A stretch of DNA of 64,000 nt from contig OZ024743.1 of assembly GCA_964016885.1 (NCBI GenBank), positions 331,638,001-331,702,000 of the forward strand, in the 5' to 3' direction. A program made the translations under genes and the position numbers. This stretch comes from Eledone cirrhosa (Eukaryota). Shown piece by piece: positions 53,501-64,000 of this stretch. Numbering within the stretch: position 1 is the stretch's first letter; every line of letters starts with the position of its first letter. The notes beneath the pieces are model-generated. The model was not told the origin of the DNA, did no database searches, and worked only from the letters and a program-made list of their open reading frames with translations.

Positions 53501-55950
53501 AGACACTGTCTATGTCATTAACCCTCTCATTACCATATTTCTAATGAAAGACACTGTCTATCTCATTAACCCTTTTACTACCATCTTTCTAATGAAAGAC
53601 ACTGTCTATGTCATTAACCCTTTCACTACCATATTTCTAATGAAAGACACTGTCTATGTCATTAACCCTTTCATTACCATCTTTCTAAAGTAAGACACTG
53701 TCTATGTCATTAACCCTTTCATTACCATATTTCTAATGAAAGACACTGTCTATGTCATTAACCCTTTCATTACAATATTTCTAATGAAAGACACTGTCTA
53801 TGTCATTAACCTTTTCATTACCATATTTCTAATGAAAGACATTGTCTATGTCATTAACCCTTTCATTTCCATATTTCTAATGAAAGACACTGTCTATGTC
53901 ATTAACCCTTTCATTACCATCTTTCTAATGAAAGACACTGTCTATGTCATTAACCCTTTCACTACCATATTTCTAATGAAAGACACTGTCTATGTCATTA
54001 ACCCTTTCACTACCATATTTCTAATGAAAGACACTGTCTATGTAATTAACCCTTTCACTACCATCTTTCTAATGAAAGACACTGTCTATGTCATTAACCC
54101 TTTCATTACCATCTTTCTAAAGTAAGACACTGTCTATGTCATTAACCCTTTCATTACCATATTTCTAATGAAAGACACTGTCTATGTCATTAACCTTTTC
54201 ATAACCATATTTCTAATGAAAGACACTGTCTATGTCATTAACCTTTTCATTACCATCTTTCTAAAGTAAGACACTGTCTATATCATTAACCCTTTCATTA
54301 CCATCTTTCTAAAGCAAGACACTGTCTATGTCATTAACCTTTTCATTACAATATTTCTAATGAAAGACACTGTCTATGTCATTAACCTTTTCATTACCAT
54401 ATTTCTAATGAAAGACACTGTCTATGTCATTAACCCTTTCATTACCATCTTTCTAATGAAAGACACTGCCTATGTCATTAACCTTTTCATTACCATATTT
54501 CTAAAGTAAGACACTGTCTATGTCATTAACCCATTCATTACCATATTTCTAATGAAAGACACTGTCTATGTCATTAACCCTTTCACTACCATCTTTCTAA
54601 AGTAAGACATTGTCTATGTCATTAACCCTTTCACTACCATCTTTCTAATGAAATACACTGACTATGTCATTAACCCTTTCACTACCATATTTCTAATGAA
54701 AGACACTGTCTATATCATTAACCCTTTCATTGCCATATTTCTAATGAAAGACACTGTCTATGTCATTAACCTTTTCATTACCATATTTCTAATGAAAGAC
54801 ACTGTCTATGTCATTAACCCTTTCACTACCATATTTCTAATGAAAGACACGGTCTATGTCATTAACCCTTTCACTACCATCTTTCTAAAGTAAGACACTG
54901 TCTATGTCATTAACCCTTTCACTACCATCTTTCTAATGAAAGACACTGTCTATGTCATTAACCCTTTCATTACCATCTTTCTAATGAAAGACATTGTCTA
55001 TGTCATTAACCCTTTCACTACCATATTTCTAATGAAAGACACTGTCTATGTCATTAACCCTTTCACTACCATATTTCTAATGAAAGACACTGTCTATGTA
55101 ATTAACCTTTTCACTACCATCTTTCTAATGAAAGACACTGTCTATGTCATTAACCCTCTCATTACCATATTTCTAATGAAAGACACTGTCTATCTCATTA
55201 ACCCTTTTACTACCATCTTTCTAATGAAAGACACTGTCTATGTCATTAACCCTTTCACTACCATATTTCTAATGAAAGACACTGTCTATGTCATTAACCC
55301 TTTCATTGCCATATTTCTACAGTAAGACACTGTCTATGTCATTAACCCTTTCATTACCATATTTCTAATGAAAGACACTGTCTATGTCAATAACCCTTTC
55401 ATTACCATCTTTCTAATGAAAGACACTGTCTATGTCATTAACCCTTTCATTGCCATATTTCTAAAGTAAGACACTGTCTATGTCATTAACCCTTTCATTA
55501 CCATATTTCTAATGAAAGACACTGTCTATGTCATTAACCCTTTCACTACCATCTTTCTAATGAAAGACACAGTGTATGTCATTAACCCTTTCATTACCAT
55601 ATTTCTAATGAAAGACACTGTCTATGTCATTAACCCTTTCACTACCATCTTTCTAATGAAAGACACTGTCTATGTCATTAACCCTTTCATTACCATCTTT
55701 CTAAAGTAAGACACTGTCTATGTCATTAACCCTTTCATTACCATATCTCTAATGAAAGACACTGTCTATGTCATTAACCCTTTCATTACCATCTTTCTAA
55801 AGTAAGACACTGTCTATATCATTAACCCTTTCAATGCCATATTTCTAATCAAACACACTGTCAATGTCATTAACCCTTTCATTACCATATTTCTAATGAA
55901 AGACACTGTCTATATCATTAACCCTTTCATTGCCATATTTCTAATGAAAG
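44557..55950. repeat. 48-bp tandem satellite, about 237 monomers, with higher-order block duplications
   Basis: Consensus ttaaccctttcattaccatatttctaatgaaagacactgtctatgtca. Diagnostic variants recur in the same order. Confidence 0.98.
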
Positions 55951-56204
55951 AAGGATTTGATTTTTTTTCCACATTGTTTTTCTTGTGGTTTTGCCATCAT
56001 AGTGTCTAACATTTACTAGTTTGCTATTTAGTGAGCCACAATTCCTGCTTGGATCGCCAATGTCAGGGATTGCTTCGTTGCAAGTCTAAGTCATTTTCAT
56101 ATTCTATGCTAAGGTCAGTGTCAAAATAAATGTGTTACTTGTCATCTGATACTAAGACCCTAATGTAGATTTTAACTCACGATTTATAGATTTCTATCTC
56201 TCAT

Positions 56205-56350
56205 AGCAGGCAGAAAATTGGCAGAGTCATTGATGGACAGAATGCTTTACATTACAGTATTTGTCCCACCTCATTGTGTGCTCTGAGTTCAAATGGTTAA
56301 CTTTGCCTTTCATCCTTTTGAGGTAAATAAAAAAAAAGTACCAGTCCAGT
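56205..56350 (+). mobile_element. Degenerate Nin-domain SINE
   Basis: ctgagttcaaat...aactttgcctttcatccttttgaggtaaataaaa...gtaccagt. Confidence 0.55.
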
Positions 56351-57237
56351 ACTAGTGATAATTCTTCCTCTATTGAAAAAATCGGCTGTGTTCAGACCTG
56401 GAGAGGGTTGGGCTCCACCAGGTTTAAAAGTGCCCTGGACACGCTGTATGACTCCACAAGGAGTTATGGGATCTTTATCCTTTTATCTCTCATAGTGACA
56501 GTAACAGCTAGCTGTATGGTATGGTAGTCACTGTAAAACAGCGGGTGGGTGGGGGGTGTAGTGATCAAGTATATAGCTAGAAATGGGGCAACCAACCTAT
56601 ACATACAAGCACACATAGACAGAAAGATAACTACACATATACATACGCTGTCCAGCATCTCAAAAAAGCAGGAGGGTCGGGTGGTCAAATTATATATCTA
56701 TGTATAGATGAGTTAACACATATATGGCAAAAATGAGTTGTACCTAAGTTTCATTGTTGCATGCTGAATCTCCCAAGGATTACATTAAGGGTACACATGT
56801 CTGTGGAATGCTCAGCCACTTGCATATTAATTTCATGAGCAGGCTGTTGGTAGTGATCAAACAACTGAAACTCTCATCATCATAGCTGACAGAGATCTAA
56901 CACACACACACACACACACATGCAGTCTTTTACCTAAACACAGATTGTATACACCTGTGGGATATATAGGGAAATGAGGCTGATAATAAAAGGATATGAA
57001 TCTGTATTTAGAATAAATAGATATATGAATGATTATACAAAAGTTGTGTTAATTAATAATGTAGCTAATGAGGTCATTGATATATACACACACACACACA
57101 CACATGTGTGACCTATATCTTTAATGGTTCCACACTTAACTTATACCATTTTATATATAGAGCCCATATCTGAACCAGTAAGGTCATTTATAGTTACGTA
57201 CTCAACTCCCACAATTATTTTATAAATATGATATCTT

Positions 57238-57790
57238 TCATCATCATCATCATTTTTATGGCCACATTTCCATGCTTGCATGGGTTAGACAGGTCATTTC
57301 TAATACAGCCTCCCTCCTCTCACAGCTTTCCTTCAACATCTCCACTCTGAGGGTTAGCATTTTAACATCTGCTCTAAACACTTCTACCCAGATTTTTCTC
57401 AGTCTTCCTCTACTGCAGCTTCCTTCCATTGGCATCTCCTGGCAATTCTTCATCCAGCATTTATCATCCATATGCATCACATGTCCATACCCGTACAGTC
57501 TTCTCTCATTCTCACTACATCTAATTTCTCGTATACTCAGTTTTTCTCTAAGTTCATCTATGCCCTGTTGTTCATGCACATTAATGTAAAACATCCATTA
57601 GAGCATGCTCGCTTCATTTCTCTCTAACCTTCGTATATCCTCAGCATTCACTGCTATATAACATCACACTTCTCACACAGGTATCATACAATTTACCCTT
57701 TGCTCGTAGAGAAAACCCCTTTCTTTTCAACATAGATGTTAGTTCACTAAACCTTTCCCAGCCTGTTTTTCTTCTAGCTGCTATCCTAGA
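57238..57790 (-). mobile_element. Decayed RTE LINE 3' fragment
   Basis: ORF 57256-57594 reads ELREKLSIREIRC...YGHVMHMD...RGRLRKIW. (gat)n tail. Confidence 0.75.
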
Positions 57791-58749
57791 TAAATAGGTA
57801 ATGGTTCCATGTTTAAATCACATCATTCCTTATATTTCTATGATACCTATTGGTGAAGTAGTTAAGGTGTTCAGTACACAATCCCAAGGTCACCAGTTCA
57901 ATTCTCATCAACATGTCCTTCAACAAGACACTTTATTTCATTTCACATTGCTTTAGTCAATTGGTGTTAGGAAGGGCATCCAGCTTTAGAAATCAAGCCA
58001 AAATCAGTTCCTGCATGAGCAAGGCATGGTCAGCCGACCAGACACTGCCCACAACAGGACAACCTGTCTAACCCATGCTAGCATGGAAGAACGGACGTAA
58101 AACGGTGATGATGATGATGAATTCAGTTGGAAAAAAATAAATCATACATGTAATTCAAACAGACAGCCTTGTCACACTGAATCTCCCTTTGCTTCAATCA
58201 ATGAATAGGTCACACAGCTTACACAGATTCCCTTGACTCTCTGTCACCACCCAATTCTATTGTTCATCATGTTTAGCTGGTCAGAGGGATCGCAGTTTAG
58301 ATCATCATAAATCTGTTTGATATAGGTCTTGGTTTGTTGCCCTCAGCTAGTTCTTCCTTGTGTAGGCTCCCACAAAGAAACTGTGATCCTGCAATTCTGT
58401 GATTCTTCAGTGATAGACCTTCATGTACTCTGTCTCTAGGGTTTCACCTCAAAGTTGTTTTAGTGCAAAACTAAATATGTAATTTAATCTTGTTCTCCAA
58501 AACCACCCAACCTTTACTGAAAAAAAATATCCCCATTGCACTAGAAATAGGGGCAGATACATGTGTGGGTGAGGTGAGGTTGAACCACCCATATTGTTTC
58601 TCTCCCTAAACCTCTCAGCCAACATTACATGAATTCCTTCATTCCAGGCCTCCTGTGAAGCACAACTCCCTTACTTACCAGGTGTTACCACAAGACACTA
58701 AACCTCAAATAACTTCAGCTCTTCAGATTAATCACACCACTCTTATCTA

Positions 58750-59490
58750 CCACCACCACCACTGCCACTGTTACCATCACTGCTGCTGTCACTACCACCA
58801 CCTCCATCACCACCACCACTGGTGCTGTCACTACCACCACCAGCACCTCCACTGTTACCACTACCACCACCACCACTGGTGCTGTCACTACCACCACCAG
58901 CACCTCCACTGTTACCACCGCCATCACAACCACTAACATCACTACTACAACGACTACCAACACCATTACCTCCACTGCTGCTGCCACTACAACCCCCACC
59001 ATCACCACTACAACCAACTACCCCCACCACCACCAACATTGACACCACCACCACCATTAACACCATAAACACCACTACCACCGTTGACACCACCACCCTG
59101 TTGTCTGTTTCTGAAACCAGACTACAATGGCATGTTTCCTCAGATATGGACTAAAAAGAATATCTCCTTATTTTAAGTTAATTTCCTTATAACAGACATT
59201 AAGAATGGTGAAGTATTGCAATTAACAACTGTAGCTACAACAACAACAACCATGATAACAACCATAAAAACATCTATAGTTACAATCAAAACAACAACCA
59301 TAACAACAACAACTATAACAACAACAACAACCATAACAACAATTATAACCATAAAAGCAACAACCATAACTATAGCTATAACAACAACTATAACAACCAT
59401 AGCTATAGCTACAACAACAACTATAACAACATCTACTGCTACAACCGTAACAACAACAACCATAACAACAACTATAAAAAAAATATAGCA
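58750..59490. repeat. (ACC)n and (AAC)n low-complexity tracts
   Basis: Direct inspection. Confidence 0.85.
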
Positions 59491-59698
59491 ACAACAACAA
59501 TAATTGTCTATGAGACATGACAAGAACAGTCCATGCCTGCAACCAAATAGTACATATATGAACCTTATACACTGATGAGTATGTGGGTTTACACATACAC
59601 ACACACACACATTCATACATAAACATGACACACACATATCTGTACATATACAAACTTTCTCTCATCATCATCATCATTTTACTCCGCTTTTCCCTGCT

Positions 59699-59737
<39 letters not shown>

Positions 59738-60241
59738 GTAGAGGTATATTTAATAAGATACCTACTCACACATTCTCTCTAGTGTTCATACCACAATAGA
59801 ATGCACCCAGTACACTCTGTAAAATGATTGATGATAGAAAGGGAATCTAATTGTACAAAACATGCCAAATTTTCGTTTGTAAGAACTCTTAAATTATGAC
59901 GACCTCCCTAGTGCTGGTGCCACAATAAAATACACCCAGTGGACTCTGAGTTTGTGAGAACATATTTGAGATGTAGACACTGGCCCATCTGAGAGGTCAG
60001 TGGTTAGAGCTACGGACTGATGTGGTTTATTATGACCTGTCTAACCTTGCTAAAAGGGAATGTGGACTTTAAATGATGATATGTAACTGGCACATCTGAG
60101 AGGTCAGTGGATACCCAAATTGTTGGATTTTGTTTTTGTCAAACCTGCATTGTAGCAGCTTATTATAAAGTTAACACACACACACACACACTCTCTCTCT
60201 CTCTCTCTCTATAATATATATATAATCATCATCATCAATAT

Positions 60242-60575
60242 GGAGGCACATGGCTTAGTGGTTAGAGCATTGAGCTTGCAATCGAAAGGTTGTGAGTTCA
60301 ATTCTCAGACCGGTGATGTGTTGTTTCCTTGAGCAAGACACTTTATTTCACATTGCTCCAGTTTACTCAGCTGTAGAAATGAGATGATAGGACTGGGGTC
60401 CCTATCATTCCACTGTAAAGTGGTCGTGGAGGTGCCACGGCAAAAAAATACCCAGCACTCACTGTAAATTAGGTTGGTGTTAGGAAGGGCATCCAGCTGT
60501 AGAAATCAAGCCAGAATCAATTCCCGTCCCACCCTTCCAAGCAGGGAAAAGTGGACGTAAAAGGTGATGATGATG
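60242..60575 (+). mobile_element. Full-length tRNA-derived CORE-type SINE with RTE 3' tail
   Basis: ggaggcacaTGGCTTAGTGGttagagc...gtGAGTTCAATTC Pol III boxes, ccttgagcaagacacttt domain, tail gttaggaagggcatccagctgtag...ggacgtaaaaggt(gat)n shared with the RTE 3' UTR. Confidence 0.88.
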
Positions 60576-60975
60576 ATCATCATCATCACTGTTTAATGCC
60601 CATTTTTCTACGCTAGTATGTGTTAGACTAGCTGCTCTGTTGTGAGACAAGCCAAGTCAGATGACCATATCTTGCTCATACGGAACTGATTTTGACTTGG
60701 TTTCTACAGCTGGATGCCCTTCTTAACACCAACCACAGTGTGTGGTGGGTATTTTTTGTCGTGACACCTACACAACCACTGTATATTGTGGGCTAGGTGC
60801 TTTATATATATATATATATATAATGAAAGTACAGCATATTCAAAGTTCGAGCAGCAGCTAAGCCAACGAATGCCTTCAGCAGTGCAGCCAAGCACTCGAC
60901 AAGGTATAGACCTCAGAGTAATAACATACAGTTTAAAGGGCTTTGCAAATTGAAGATAGCGACCGATATATATAT

Positions 60976-61135
60976 TAGTAGTCTGTGGTACCGGGATCGA
61001 GAAAATCACAAATCAAAGAAGCACTCAATACATGGTAAGATGCAGAGTTGATATATTAGCGAAAGTAGGGGATCTATCATCAGAAGAGGAAACTAGCTGA
61101 AACTGCCAAGGTCATAGTAGATCCTCTACTTTCAT
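60976..61135 (-). mobile_element. Penelope-like terminal remnant with short fold-back and degenerate hammerhead
   Basis: agcactcaatacatgg motif at 61020. Arms 61061-61076 and 61118-61133 enclose cAGAAGA...GAAAc...gTC. Confidence 0.5.
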
Positions 61136-61153
61136 TTATATATATATATATAT

Positions 61154-61230
<77 letters not shown>

Positions 61231-61580
61231 GGGGGGGAGATATACACACACATACCATGACCGATATAATATACATATATTCACACATATACAGAGGCAA
61301 GAGTATTAAATACAAATATGTACATCCATTTATATCTACACCATTATACACACCTATATACAGAAACACACACTCATATATATATATATATATACATATA
61401 CATACACACATGCCCATAAAATATATACACAGATATAGAATCCATACACACCTGCGAGACATGAAGATAAGCTGGATGAGTGGCCGCATGAAGGAAAAAT
61501 AAGCAATTATAATAATAATAATAATAATGATGTTAATAATTATAATAATAATATTAATGATGTTAATAATTATAATAATG

Positions 61581-64000
61581 ATTTCTTTATTAACCACAAG
61601 GGTTTACATAAAGTAGACATTAAGGACAGTGCAGGACAATGCAGGACGGTACAAATGGGCATTTCTGCGTGTAAAAAACAAAAACAGAGGATGTAACAAA
61701 AATAACAATGAAAATAACAATGAAAAATTCCCCAATAGGGGGGAGACTTCGGAGGGACATTTGTGGAGAAAGCCCAGTAAAAAGCCACAATGACCCTGAC
61801 CACCAAGGCAAGTGCCCTCTCCCAGTTTTCCACCTTTAATTTACAGATATATACTCAGAGTAGGCCCATTCACTCGGGCCATTCTTGCTTCTGTCACCCA
61901 TCTTTCAACAAAATGCTGGGAAGAGAGCACTTCCCCCTCTACTCTGATTTTCCTTTTCAAATGAAATTTGAAAAAGTCAATCAGAGCATCACCGAAGAGG
62001 TAAGTGCTCGTCTTCAGCCCTTTCAAACGTGTCCACCATACTATCTCTTTCGCCATGGCCACCAGACAGATAAAAACTGCCTGCCCTTCCCGGCTAAAGG
62101 AGGAGGGCGGGGCAATCCTCACGATGGACTCAGATGATAGCCGGATCCGTCCTAAACGCGACAGCAGGTGTTCGACATAAACCCACAAGTCAGCAATTTT
62201 CGGACACTGGACGAGTGCGTGCAGGATGGTTTCGTCGCCCTGCGCGCATCTCGGACATGCCCGGCTGACGGCACCTCCATGCCTGTAGAGTTTATTCCGA
62301 ACTGGCAAGGCTCCTCGGTAGCACTGCCAGGCCAGAGATTTCTGGAAGTTGTCCATAGGCCCTGGCCCGAAAGTTCTTCCGAAGAGATTGGCTAGTTGAT
62401 TTTCGTCGACGCCTAGAGTTTCCCCAAGTACGTCGTCGCTCTTCCCCTCCACTAATCCTCTATAGAACGCCGAGGTGGAGTTTCCACCAATCACATTGCC
62501 CGATTGGTCGAGGGCTGTGAGCGCCTGAAGACATTCCAGTCTCCAGGCGCTCCCTCTCGGTCTTCGCTTGACCCAGGACTGCAGCTCCGTCAAGGAAACG
62601 AGCTGGGGAAATACGCATCTAGCAAACGGCGACCACACCTGATCACCGTCGAGGAAGAGGTGGAGATGTCGTAGCCTGAGCGCGTGCCTGCGCATCATCA
62701 GCCACGGCATGCCCAGCCCTCCACGTAGCGGGTGTTGACAACAGATGGACCGCCTGACCATCGGAGCACGTCCCTTCCACAAAAAGCGAAAGAGCAAACG
62801 CTCCAGCGCAGTCAGGCGAGGCTTAGGACAAGATACGACGGTCAGGCGGTAGCAGATGACAGACGCGATGTACGCGTTAGCCAGCTCCGCTCGACCTTTC
62901 AGGGATAGCTTCCTCTCCGCCCATTTCTGGGTGAGAGAAGCCACCCTGCTCGTCACCTCGTCCCAGTTTTTGTCCGTCTGGAGGTCCGGACCGAACCAGA
63001 CCCCTAGCAATTTAACCGGTCCGTCCGTCCAGCGTCCGACGACGCTGTTGGACGGCATGGACCTGCCTCTCCAGGTGCCGAGCTGCAGGCCCACTGACTT
63101 TTCCTGGTTGATCATTGCTCCTGTCACCGCTTCGTATTCTCTTAGTGTAGTGCCGATCGCCTCGATGTGTTTGGCGTTCGACACCACTACGGTGACATCG
63201 TCGGCATATGCTGACACGGATCTTCCGCATCCTAGTTCGCGCGGAACTCCCCTCAACGTCTCCAGTTTGTGCAGTAATGGCTCGAGAGTCAATACGTACA
63301 AGAGGGACGAGAGGGGACATCCTTGGCGGACCGAGCGCATGATGTTGAACGGTTCCGACAGGTGACCGTTCACTCTCACCACAGAGCAGATGTCGCTGTG
63401 CATGGCAGCGATCCATCCTCTGAAGACGGGCCCAAAGCCAGCCACCCTCAGGACTGCCGCCAGGTAACGATGGTCGACCCTATCGAAAGCTTTCGACTGA
63501 TCTAAATTGATCAAGGACCCACCCGTGCCAGGTTCCTTAGCTACCCTCTCTATGATGTATCGCATGAGGTGGAGGTTGTCGTGGATGGATCTGTCGGGAA
63601 TGGCGCATGTCTGCGCCTCTCCCACCAGACCACCAACGACAAGCGCCAACCTCTTTGCTAGCACCTTGGCCAAAATCTTGAACTCTGTGTTTAGCAGAGT
63701 TATGGGCCAGAAATTATCTATGTTATCCCCCTTGTTCGGATCCTTTCTCAGCAGTGCCACCGCTCCTCGGCTCACAGAACTGGGAATTCTCCCGTTCTGT
63801 TGCCAGTTGCAGTAGACGTCCGCCAAGAGGCCTCCGAACAAGTCTGGCATCTGTACGTAAAGTTCATAGGGCAGACCATCCAAACCAGGCGATTTACCCC
63901 TTGTGCAGCCAGTCATTGCCTCCATTACTTCAGCGGCTGCTATCGGCTTTTCGCAACACTTCGCCTCAGTGGCCGAGAGCCGCGGCAGTCCGTCGAGGTA
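61581..64000 (-). mobile_element. Tx1/L1-clade LINE (continues beyond window), 3' end in (ATT)n tract
   Basis: Open ORF2 from the window edge to 61841, 260-bp 3' UTR ending cccttgtggttaataaagaaat, then (att)n at 61505-61580. Confidence 0.92.
61841..63925 (-). CDS. Tx1/L1 ORF2: reverse transcriptase plus C-terminal zf-RVT (partial, N-terminus outside window)
   Basis: KSPGLDG, PITLLNTEFKILAKVLA, LDQSKAFDRV, VRQGCPLS, AYADD, LSLKGR, GGLG, CPRC-x8-H-x4-C. No stops over 694 aa. Confidence 0.9.
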   Translation of the reverse strand: MEAMTGCTRGKSPGLDGLPYELYVQMPDLFGGLLADVYCNWQQNGRIPSSVSRGAVALLRKDPNKGDNIDNFWPITLLNTEFKILAKVLAKRLALVVGGLVGEAQTCAIPDRSIHDNLHLMRYIIERVAKEPGTGGSLINLDQSKAFDRVDHRYLAAVLRVAGFGPVFRGWIAAMHSDICSVVRVNGHLSEPFNIMRSVRQGCPLSSLLYVLTLEPLLHKLETLRGVPRELGCGRSVSAYADDVTVVVSNAKHIEAIGTTLREYEAVTGAMINQEKSVGLQLGTWRGRSMPSNSVVGRWTDGPVKLLGVWFGPDLQTDKNWDEVTSRVASLTQKWAERKLSLKGRAELANAYIASVICYRLTVVSCPKPRLTALERLLFRFLWKGRAPMVRRSICCQHPLRGGLGMPWLMMRRHALRLRHLHLFLDGDQVWSPFARCVFPQLVSLTELQSWVKRRPRGSAWRLECLQALTALDQSGNVIGGNSTSAFYRGLVEGKSDDVLGETLGVDENQLANLFGRTFGPGPMDNFQKSLAWQCYRGALPVRNKLYRHGGAVSRACPRCAQGDETILHALVQCPKIADLWVYVEHLLSRLGRIRLSSESIVRIAPPSSFSREGQAVFICLVAMAKEIVWWTRLKGLKTSTYLFGDALIDFFKFHLKRKIRVEGEVLSSQHFVERWVTEARMARVNGPTLSIYL

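Noticed and set aside
45722-55709. MKDTVYVINPFITIFL repeat protein, or a CRISPR-like array
   Set aside because: The 48-bp unit is a multiple of 3, so ORFs arise passively, and they are broken by frequent TAA variants and 1-bp deletions. There are no unique spacers and the context is eukaryotic.
59222-59737. Cys-rich keratin-associated or metallothionein-like ORF (CCYGCC repeats)
   Set aside because: It is the reverse translation of an (AAC)n tract and begins in a TA microsatellite.
60242-60315. tRNA gene
   Set aside because: The A/B boxes continue into a SINE body with multiple dispersed copies, and there is no intact acceptor stem.

Overview
AT-rich, microsatellite-saturated animal genomic DNA. 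The repeat families (tRNA/CORE and Nin-type SINEs with RTE-derived (GAT)n tails) suggest a cephalopod, probably Octopus; this is inference. No host protein-coding exon is recognisable, and every credible ORF belongs to a transposable element. These are: RTE LINE fragments carrying a PHD-like finger; a complete but decayed 4.16 kb Ty3/Gypsy LTR element (16504-20662, minus); an uninterrupted 5'-truncated CR1-group LINE ORF; a full-length decayed pogo/Tigger transposon; a Tx1/L1-type LINE plus two truncated relatives; and several Penelope-like fold-back remnants containing hammerhead ribozymes. There is also an 11.4 kb 48-bp satellite. Most notable signals: (1) the Gypsy primer-binding site is complementary to the 5'-terminal 12 nt of tRNA-Phe instead of a tRNA 3' CCA end; (2) minimal type I hammerheads in palindromic Penelope remnants, whose fold-back points often fall in the ribozyme core; (3) a strong minus-strand recursive splice site candidate (polypyrimidine-CAG/GTAAGT) with a 23-nt RS-exon, suggesting the window lies in a giant intron; (4) Tx1 elements associated with (ATT)n microsatellites. 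Most long ORFs in the supplied track are microsatellite artefacts.
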